Made by a program: the position numbers and the translations under genes | The notes under the pieces: generated by a model | Seen by the model: only the letters and a program-made list of their open reading frames with translations | What the model was told of the DNA's origin: nothing | Databases searched by the model: none | DNA from: a bacterium | GTDB lineage: Bacteria; SAR324; NAC60-12 | Direction: 5' to 3' | Length of the DNA stretch: 64,000 nt | Assembly (NCBI GenBank): GCA_965233585.1 | Contig: CBDDTI010000747.1 | Span: 800,001-864,000 of the forward strand | In this document: positions 56,500 to 64,000 of the stretch, piece by piece | How positions within the stretch are numbered: position 1 is the first letter of the stretch | Layout of the letters: every line of letters starts with the position of its first letter

Positions 56500-57726
56500 T
56501 TATTGCATGAGTATTATTTTGAAACCTTCTTGCTTCAAAACTTTTTTGATTTCTTGCTGATGCTCTTCTCCCTTCGTTTCTAGTGCAATCGTGACATTGG
56601 CGTCTCCGTATGCAAGATTGGTAGAAACGCGGTCGTATTCAATATGAATGATGTTGGCTTGCAATCCTGTCAGGAGTTCAGTCAATATCATCAGACTCCC
56701 CGGTTTGTCAACCAGAGTGATGTAAAACTTCATCGTTCTACAAGATTTGGAAAGTCCTTTTTCTATGATGATAGACAGCATGTTGACGTCAATGTTTCCA
56801 CCACTTAGCAGGCAAACAACGTGAGCATCTCTGTGAAATTCAAGTTTTCTACTGAGCAATGCAGCCGCTCCAACAGCCCCTGCACCTTCTACTGAAACCT
56901 TCTGCTTTTCTAATAAAAAAAGAATAGCTGATGCAATTTCATCATCATCTACCTCCACAATTCTGTCCACATACTGGCAAATGTAGCCATAGGTTTTTTG
57001 ATGCACCTTACGCACAGCAATACCGTCAGCAATGGTTTGAACACTGTCAGTTGAGCAAATTTCTCTTGTGAAAAAAGAATTTTTCATAGCAGGTGCGCCT
57101 TTGGCTGTGACTCCAATGACTTGAGTTTTAGGACTCACTGTTTTGATGACACGTGCCACGCCTGAAATCAACCCTCCGCCCCCAATAGGAACTAAAATGG
57201 CGTCAGGTTGTTCAACGCTTTTTAACACCTCAAGACCTAATGTTCCTTGCCCAGTAATGACATCATCATCAGCAAAAGGGTGAACGAAAGTCAATTTTTG
57301 CTCTTGGCACAATTCTAATGCTTTGGTGTAGGCTTCATCGTAGTTATTACCTGACAACACAACTGTAGCATCATAACTTTTGACTCCATTGATTTTAGTG
57401 AGAGGCGTATTTTCTGGCATGACAATCGTTGCAGGAATCCCAAAATGACTTCCTGCAAAAGCGACCCCCTGTGCGTGATTCCCTGCACTTGCGGCAATGA
57501 TTCCTCTGCTTCTTTCTTCTTCAGTGAGTAAAGAGACTTTGTTAAACGCTCCTCTAATCTTAAAAGAACCAGTCGTCTGCAAGTTTTCTTTTTTGAGATA
57601 AATCTGGCTTCTGCAAATTTGGCTAAGCATGGGTGCAAAACTCAAAGGCGTTTCTAAAATCACCGATTGCAAGCTGTGTTCTGTTTGCTGGACTTTTTGT
57701 AAAAATTCTTGGTCAGATAAGGTCAT
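56500..57726 (-). CDS. ilvA: Threonine ammonia-lyase with C-terminal ACT domain
   Basis: KENLQTTGSFKIRGA, SAGNHAQG, GGGGL, SGGNID, DKPG. Confidence 0.93.
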   Translation of the reverse strand: MTLSDQEFLQKVQQTEHSLQSVILETPLSFAPMLSQICRSQIYLKKENLQTTGSFKIRGAFNKVSLLTEEERSRGIIAASAGNHAQGVAFAGSHFGIPATIVMPENTPLTKINGVKSYDATVVLSGNNYDEAYTKALELCQEQKLTFVHPFADDDVITGQGTLGLEVLKSVEQPDAILVPIGGGGLISGVARVIKTVSPKTQVIGVTAKGAPAMKNSFFTREICSTDSVQTIADGIAVRKVHQKTYGYICQYVDRIVEVDDDEIASAILFLLEKQKVSVEGAGAVGAAALLSRKLEFHRDAHVVCLLSGGNIDVNMLSIIIEKGLSKSCRTMKFYITLVDKPGSLMILTELLTGLQANIIHIEYDRVSTNLAYGDANVTIALETKGEEHQQEIKKVLKQEGFKIILMQ

Positions 57727-57865
57727 TGCATTATTTTTGGGATAAATCAGGGGTGAAAAGTTTCAAAAAATCTGTCATGGAGAATATCATAAAAATCATT
57801 ATCTTTTGGCGTCAAGCAAAAATCTATTCTGCATCTCAAAGTGTTGTTGTCATTTTGAATTGGCA

Positions 57866-59314
57866 CTAGATAGATGATGTTTGGATAGCGTCTTGGTACA
57901 TGATTTCATACTGTTTGGCGGCTTGTTCCCAGTCAAAACGCATTTTCATTGCTTGATTTCTCATCTTGAGAATATGATTTGGTTTTTGGTACCAGGTGTC
58001 AATGGCAGTGCGTAATGCCTCAAACAACTCTTGCTGTTCAGGTTTTTCAAAAACAAATCCTGTGCCTTTTCCAGATTTGGGATTGTATTGTTGAACTGTG
58101 TCTTTCAGTCCACCAACAGAACGAACAATCGGAAGTGTGCCATAAGACATGCTGTACATTTGGTTCAATCCGCATGGTTCATAGAGAGAAGGCATGATAA
58201 AAAAGTCTGCACCTGCTTCTATTTTATGAGCCAATTCATTGCTGTATCGTCCACGCCAGCCCATATTTTTTGGGAAAATGGTTCGCCACATATAAAAATC
58301 TTGCTCTAACTTGGACTCACCTGTGCCAAGTACGACCAGCTGGACAGGCATGCTCAAAAAGGAGTACATAACTGGCATCAGATAATAAAATCCTTTTTGC
58401 CACGTCAGACGGCTGACAATCGCAAACAAAGGTAGTTCTGGGTTCACATCTAAACTAAACTCCTGTTGCAAGTCAGCTTTACACTGTTGTTTACCTTTGA
58501 TATTTTCAACAGAGTACGTGGCAGAAACGAACGGGTCAGTCTTGGGATTCCATTCAGAATAATCACAGCCATTTAAAATTCCCCTCAGCGCTTGACCTTT
58601 GTTTCGGAAGGAAGTTTCAAGTCCATGCCCACCGGGAGTGTCACATAATTCTTTCGCATAAGACTCGCTGACTGCATTCACTTGGTCTGCCCAAAAAATA
58701 CCCCCTTTGAGCAAATTAACCCCTCCAAAATCTTCAAACATCTCTGACACAAAATGCGGTTCTTCAATGCCTAAAAAGTGCCTTTTGTCACCGGGAAATT
58801 TACCTTGAAATGCAGAATTATGAATAGACAAAACAGATTGAGTCTTTGGGAAATCGCTTGCGTATTTTGTTTTGAGATAATAGGAAGTGATGGCAGTCTG
58901 CCAGTCGTGGCAGTGAATGACATCAGGCAAGAAACCGATGCTTTTGCAAAACTCTAAAGAGGCACAGCTTAAAAAGGCAAAACGTTCTGCATTGTCAGGA
59001 TATTCCCATGCACCATCGTCATAAAGTCCACTGCGGAAAAAGAAATCATATCTTTCTAACAGATAAACTGTTAAACGACCAAACTTGACCTGATTGACAG
59101 ATGCCCAAAGCGTTTCACTTCCCATCGGCACGCCAAGTTGATTTAAAACATTTTCTGCACTCATTTCTTCTGCAATCACCTGATAGTGAGGAATAAAAAC
59201 TCTGACGTCATGTCCAATGTTTAAAAGTGCTTCAGGCAATGCCCGTCCCACATCTGCAAGACCGCCTGTTTTCACCAGACCTGTACACTCTGAAACAACA
59301 AATAATATGTTCAT
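57866..59314 (-). CDS. glgA: Glycogen synthase
   Basis: KTGGLADV, HCHDWQT, MPSLYEPCGLNQ. Confidence 0.96.
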   Translation of the reverse strand: MNILFVVSECTGLVKTGGLADVGRALPEALLNIGHDVRVFIPHYQVIAEEMSAENVLNQLGVPMGSETLWASVNQVKFGRLTVYLLERYDFFFRSGLYDDGAWEYPDNAERFAFLSCASLEFCKSIGFLPDVIHCHDWQTAITSYYLKTKYASDFPKTQSVLSIHNSAFQGKFPGDKRHFLGIEEPHFVSEMFEDFGGVNLLKGGIFWADQVNAVSESYAKELCDTPGGHGLETSFRNKGQALRGILNGCDYSEWNPKTDPFVSATYSVENIKGKQQCKADLQQEFSLDVNPELPLFAIVSRLTWQKGFYYLMPVMYSFLSMPVQLVVLGTGESKLEQDFYMWRTIFPKNMGWRGRYSNELAHKIEAGADFFIMPSLYEPCGLNQMYSMSYGTLPIVRSVGGLKDTVQQYNPKSGKGTGFVFEKPEQQELFEALRTAIDTWYQKPNHILKMRNQAMKMRFDWEQAAKQYEIMYQDAIQTSSI

Positions 59315-59478
59315 ATTTTTTTGGGAAATTAGGTGTAGAAATGATGGTTCAGCTCAATCCCTTTTTTCAAAACACTACCGCTGACTTTTTCCGCTTAAGT
59401 AGGACTCATAAAGAATGCCCACAAACGAAGTATTGATGAGAAAATCGCAAGAGATTTTGAGGCGATAGAAGTTCGTGA

Positions 59479-60705
59479 TTAGCTCCCCCAGTCATACCCT
59501 TTAGGAACAACGACCACTCCGTTTTCGCTCACAGTGAAACGTGAGCGGTCTTCTTCTGAGTCAAAACCAATACTTGTTTTTTCAGGGATAACGACATCTT
59601 TGTCAATGATGGCTCGTTGGATTCTGCAATGCCTGCCAATGTCCACATCACCCAAAATGACAGAGTCATAAACTTCTGAATAACTATGGACACGAACGTG
59701 GGGACTGAAAACAGAACCTTTCACTAATGCACCGCTGATGATACAGCCATCAGAGATGACAGAGTTGACAGCAGTCCCTGTTCTTGCCTCTTCATCATGG
59801 ACGAATTTAGCAGGGGGTGCAAAGTTGTTTTGAGACACAATCGGCCATTCCCTATTGTAAAGGCTAAAAATGGGTTCAATATTGACCAAATCTAAATTGG
59901 CTTCCCAGTACGCATCAAGTGTGCCAACGTCTCTCCAATAACCATGGTCTCTCGCAGTGGAGCCGGGGACTTTGTTGTTTTGGAAGTTATAAACAAAAAC
60001 TCGTTCGCTGGGAAACATGTTTGGAATGATATTTTGACCAAAATCATGTGCAGAATCTTTGTCTTCTTGGTCTGCTACCAGATACTCCATCAACATCACA
60101 GGGTCAAAAATATAATTTCCCATAGATGCCAAAACGTAGCCCGGGTAGTTTGGTGCTTCTGGCGGCTTGCCTTTTGGTTTTTCACAAAATCCAATCATTC
60201 TCCAATTTTTATCTACTTCAATGACGCCAAAGTGCTTGGCTTGTTCAACAGGTACCAGCAAAGCGGCAACTGTCAGATTGGCACGTTTTTCCAAATGGAA
60301 GTTAAGCATCTGTCGGACGTCCATGCGGTAAATATGATCACCACTAAAAATGCAAAGTAGGTCATAATCTTCGTCAGTAATCAGGTTACCATTTTGATAA
60401 ACGGCATCTGCCGTGCCACGGTACCAGTCCTCGCTAATTCGCATTTGTGCAGGCACAGGGTCAATAAATGCCCCTGTCATGCCACTCATTCTCCAGTTTT
60501 GACGCAAATGAATATGCAAAGAATGAGACTTGAATTGTGTTAACAAGTAAATACGGGACAACCCTGAATTGAGAAAATTGCTCAAAACAAAGTCAATGAT
60601 ACGATAATTTCCCCCAAAAGGAACTGCGGGCTTTGTTCGCATTTTGGTCAAAGGATAGAGCCTTTTTCCTGTTCCACCTGCCAAGATCATTGATAATACT
60701 TTCAT
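59479..60705 (-). CDS. glgC: Glucose-1-phosphate adenylyltransferase
   Basis: LAGGTGKRL, KPAVPFGG, WYRGTADAVYQN, YWRDVGT. Confidence 0.97.
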   Translation of the reverse strand: MKVLSMILAGGTGKRLYPLTKMRTKPAVPFGGNYRIIDFVLSNFLNSGLSRIYLLTQFKSHSLHIHLRQNWRMSGMTGAFIDPVPAQMRISEDWYRGTADAVYQNGNLITDEDYDLLCIFSGDHIYRMDVRQMLNFHLEKRANLTVAALLVPVEQAKHFGVIEVDKNWRMIGFCEKPKGKPPEAPNYPGYVLASMGNYIFDPVMLMEYLVADQEDKDSAHDFGQNIIPNMFPSERVFVYNFQNNKVPGSTARDHGYWRDVGTLDAYWEANLDLVNIEPIFSLYNREWPIVSQNNFAPPAKFVHDEEARTGTAVNSVISDGCIISGALVKGSVFSPHVRVHSYSEVYDSVILGDVDIGRHCRIQRAIIDKDVVIPEKTSIGFDSEEDRSRFTVSENGVVVVPKGYDWGS

Positions 60706-60890
60706 GAGATTACGACTAAAAAGGGTTGCATATTCAGTAGATAAGACTTTACCATATCCACGACTTTAAGATAAGGACATGACTAGGTTCATAAGTTAGT
60801 GAAAATAGTGAATTATAGCAAGTCAAATCTGTTATACTTAATTGACATGACCATTATCTCATCTATCAAACTTTAATTTCAGAGAAAACA

Positions 60891-63110
60891 ATGCTTAAAA
60901 TCAGCCAAGAAGAACGGCAACGTCTCATAAAAGCCTCCCATCACGCACCTCGTTCTGTTTTGGGATTCCATGAAATCTCTGATGAAAATCAGAACAAAAT
61001 TTGGGTCATTCGTGTTTTTGAGCCTGACGCACAGCAGGTTTATTTGTCGTGGGAAGAAAGTCAAGTTCAAGAACAAGAGCTTGAACAAATTGACCCTGAC
61101 GGATTATTTCAACTGCAAATGCCTCGTCAAGCCAGCCTTTCTCCATATCTGCTTCGGGTGGTTTACAAAAATGGTCATGAGTGTACCAAACATGACCCCT
61201 ATTATTTTGCACCAGAATTAAGTGAGTTTGACCTGCATCTTTTTGGGGAGGGAAATCATCATCACATCTATCATAAACTTGGAGCGCATCTGATGACACA
61301 ACAAAATGTCAAAGGAGTGCGTTTTGCTGTTTGGGCGCCAAGTGCAAAGCGGGTGAGTGTTGTTGGTGACTTCAACTATTGGGACGGCAGAAAACACGCG
61401 ATGCAAAGTCTTGGGAGTTCTGGCGTTTGGGAGTTGTTCATTCCAAATGTCAAGGAAGGAGACCTTTATAAATACGAAATCCTTTCACAAAGCCATGAAA
61501 TTCACATTAAAACAGACCCCTATGGCTTTTATTCACAAATCCGACCCGATACAGCGTCGCGTGTGGCAAACCTAGATTCTTACCAATGGAACGATCAAGA
61601 CTGGCAAAAAGATGTCCGAGATAAAAAACAAATCAGTGAACCCATCAACATCTATGAAGTCCACCTTGGTTCATGGAAACTTGTACTCCACGAGGGCAAT
61701 CGTTTTCTCACATACCGAGAAATGGCAACAGAGTTGATTCCTTATGTTCAAGACATGGGGTACACCCATATAGAATTGCTTGGCATTTTAGAATATCCTT
61801 TTGATGGTTCATGGGGCTATCAGGTCACAGGATACTATGCACCTACATCAAGATATGGCTCACCGCAAGACTTCATGTTTTTGATTGACGCCTGTCATCA
61901 AGCCAATTTAGGAGTGATCATAGACTGGATTCCTGCCCACTTTCCCAAAGATTCACATGGATTGAGTCTTTTTGACGGGACGTGCCTGTATGAACATTCT
62001 GACCCTTTGCAAGGAGAACATAGAGATTGGGGGACAAAAATTTTTAACTATGGTCGCAATGAAGTGCGGAATTTTTTAATCTCAAGTGCCTTGTTTTGGT
62101 TTGATAAATACCACGTTGACGGCTTGCGAGTAGATGCTGTGGCATCAATGATTTATTTGGATTACAGCAGGGAAGATGGTCAGTGGATCCCAAATTGTTA
62201 CGGGGGCAAAGAAAACCTTGAGGCATTGCATTTTTTACGTTCCATGAATGAGGTCTTGTTTCATTACTATCCAGGCGCCTTGTCCATTGCAGAAGAATCC
62301 ACAGCATTTCATGGTGTCAGCCACCCCACTTATGTTGGGGGTCTTGGTTTTAACTTCAAATGGAACATGGGTTGGATGAATGACTCTTTGCAATACATCA
62401 GCAAAGACTCTATCTATCGGGGTTATGACAATCATCTAATTACTTTTTCCATGATCTATGCGTATTCAGAGAATTATATTTTGCCAATTTCACACGATGA
62501 AGTGGTACACGGCAAAGGTTCACTGCTTTCCAAAATGCCGGGTGATGAATGGCAAAAACGTGCCAATCACCGATTGTATCTGAGCTTCAAAATGGCACAC
62601 CCTGGCAAAAAGCTGTTGTTCATGGGATCAGAATTCGGACAGTGGGAAGAGTGGCACGAATGGAGTAGTTTGGATTGGCACTTAGTAGAGTCTTTTGAAA
62701 CTCATCAACAACTACAATCTTTTTGTAAAACGCTTAACTGGTTTTATCGCAACCATGAGTCTTTGTACTCCAGCGACACTCAGCCGGAAGGCTTTGAATG
62801 GATTGACCACCACGACCATAACAACAGTGTTTATTCTTTTGCTAGAAAATCGTTAGACGGGCAGAAGTCTCCAATCATCTTTATTTTTAATTTCACTCCT
62901 GTTCCAAGAGACAACTATCGCATTGGAGTCCCCGATGCAGGGCTTTACCAAAAATTGATAGACTCAGATGCTCATCAATTTGGAGGCAGTGGGTACAATC
63001 AACAGCCCACCCTTCACACAGACTCCATTGCATCGCATTGGAGAAATCAGAGTTTAAGCCTGAATCTTCCCCCCCTAGGTGCAATGGCGTTTCAGCTGCA
63101 AACTCTTTGA
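60891..63110 (+). CDS. glgB: 1,4-alpha-glucan branching enzyme
   Basis: FAVWAP, IYEVHLGSW, GLRVDAVASM, IAEEST, SHDEVVHGK. Confidence 0.97.
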   Translation: MLKISQEERQRLIKASHHAPRSVLGFHEISDENQNKIWVIRVFEPDAQQVYLSWEESQVQEQELEQIDPDGLFQLQMPRQASLSPYLLRVVYKNGHECTKHDPYYFAPELSEFDLHLFGEGNHHHIYHKLGAHLMTQQNVKGVRFAVWAPSAKRVSVVGDFNYWDGRKHAMQSLGSSGVWELFIPNVKEGDLYKYEILSQSHEIHIKTDPYGFYSQIRPDTASRVANLDSYQWNDQDWQKDVRDKKQISEPINIYEVHLGSWKLVLHEGNRFLTYREMATELIPYVQDMGYTHIELLGILEYPFDGSWGYQVTGYYAPTSRYGSPQDFMFLIDACHQANLGVIIDWIPAHFPKDSHGLSLFDGTCLYEHSDPLQGEHRDWGTKIFNYGRNEVRNFLISSALFWFDKYHVDGLRVDAVASMIYLDYSREDGQWIPNCYGGKENLEALHFLRSMNEVLFHYYPGALSIAEESTAFHGVSHPTYVGGLGFNFKWNMGWMNDSLQYISKDSIYRGYDNHLITFSMIYAYSENYILPISHDEVVHGKGSLLSKMPGDEWQKRANHRLYLSFKMAHPGKKLLFMGSEFGQWEEWHEWSSLDWHLVESFETHQQLQSFCKTLNWFYRNHESLYSSDTQPEGFEWIDHHDHNNSVYSFARKSLDGQKSPIIFIFNFTPVPRDNYRIGVPDAGLYQKLIDSDAHQFGGSGYNQQPTLHTDSIASHWRNQSLSLNLPPLGAMAFQLQTL

Positions 63111-63116
63111 AAATTG

Positions 63117-64000
63117 CTAGTGGTGAAACAATCGCAGTTTAGAAAACGTCATCGTCATCTGATATTGATTTGCCGCATCAATGACATCTTGGTCTCTCAA
63201 ACTGCCTCCGGGTTGTAAAACATACCGAACACCAAAACGTGAGGCTTGGTCTATGTTGTCCCGAAAGGGAAAAAAAGCATCAGAAGCCATAGAGACACCT
63301 TGTAATTTGGCAATCCATGTTTTCCTTGCCTCCTCATCAAAAGGAGCAGGTTCTTCTTTGAACAAAGCCAGCCACTGCTTGTATTCTAAAGGTGTCATGT
63401 CATTTGTGATGTACGAGCTAATGGCATTGATTTTTTCTATTTTGGTCACATGCTCTTTGAATGGCAATGCCTGCGTTTGAGGAGAGAGAGAAAGATGCCA
63501 CAACAACGCCTTTTGACCTGCTAGCTTGACGCACGCAATCCGACTTTGTTGACCTGCACCAATTCCAATCATTTGACCGCCAAGAGCATAGCCAACAGAA
63601 TTAGATTGAGTGTATTTTAAAGTGATTGCTGCAAGAAGTAAGTCACGTTTGGCAGAAGACCCCAATGTTTTTTGCTCGGTGACAATTTTTTCAAAGACAT
63701 TGCTTTCATGGAGTAGCAAATCATTGCGTCTTTGTAAAAACTGAATGCCAAAGACGTCTCGCATTTCTTCAAGAGGCGGTTGATAATTCTCATTTGCTTG
63801 GAGAATGAGATACCGACCATTTTTTTTGTTAGAAAGCATCTTTAGCGCATCAGCATCATAATCGGGGGCAATGATTCCATCAGAAACAACAGTTTTGACC
63901 AATTTTGCACATGCCAAATCCACTTTGCGACTCATGGCAATCATATCTCCAAACGAGGCACTTGGGTCTGCACTTCTTGCCTTCAAGTAAGCCTGTTTGA
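63117..64000 (-). CDS. purH: AICAR formyltransferase (PurH/ATIC family), 3' part
   Basis: LKYTQSNS, GAGQQSR, SDAFFPFRD, QPGGSLRD, RLFHH; frame is open to the window end. Confidence 0.92.
   Translation of the reverse strand, partial: KQAYLKARSADPSASFGDMIAMSRKVDLACAKLVKTVVSDGIIAPDYDADALKMLSNKKNGRYLILQANENYQPPLEEMRDVFGIQFLQRRNDLLLHESNVFEKIVTEQKTLGSSAKRDLLLAAITLKYTQSNSVGYALGGQMIGIGAGQQSRIACVKLAGQKALLWHLSLSPQTQALPFKEHVTKIEKINAISSYITNDMTPLEYKQWLALFKEEPAPFDEEARKTWIAKLQGVSMASDAFFPFRDNIDQASRFGVRYVLQPGGSLRDQDVIDAANQYQMTMTFSKLRLFHH

Noticed and set aside
5106..63820. Numerous antisense or alternative-frame ORFs nested in real genes
   Set aside because: Shadow ORFs fully overlapping well-supported CDSs, with no motifs

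Overview
AT-rich bacterial chromosomal window. The flagellin type and the pyrG/lptA/lptB/rpoN neighbourhood suggest a deltaproteobacteria-like lineage such as SAR324 (inference only, not checked). It holds about 50 CDSs and one tRNA-Met. Housekeeping genes include thrC, aroB, metY-like, pckA, pyrG, lptB, rpoN, pspA, sohB, tdh, lhgO, dacB, mlaE, cyaY, phnW, ilvA, glgA/C/B and a partial purH. Accessory DNA is concentrated in 1-21.4 kb and 44-48 kb: an attC-like hairpin before an orphan ParA operon, a phage-type lipoprotein, a lipid-anchored S8 protease, three tandem flagellins with sigma-28-like promoters and long hairpin-rich leaders, and a 1-kb segment bounded by 19-bp direct repeats. The best candidate for an undescribed system is a pair of paralogous surface lipoproteins (EF-hand-like loop, Cys pair, collagen-like stalk, then a beta-rich head). 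Each has a putative slippage switch: an A12 tract inside a promoter spacer for one, and an (ATTTGCGG)10 microsatellite that puts the upstream ATG out of frame for the other. The larger gene is bracketed by dRS3/REP-like palindrome arrays whose linker modules recur in shuffled order. No transposase, integrase, reverse transcriptase, cas gene or CRISPR array was seen. All functional calls come from reading motifs by eye.
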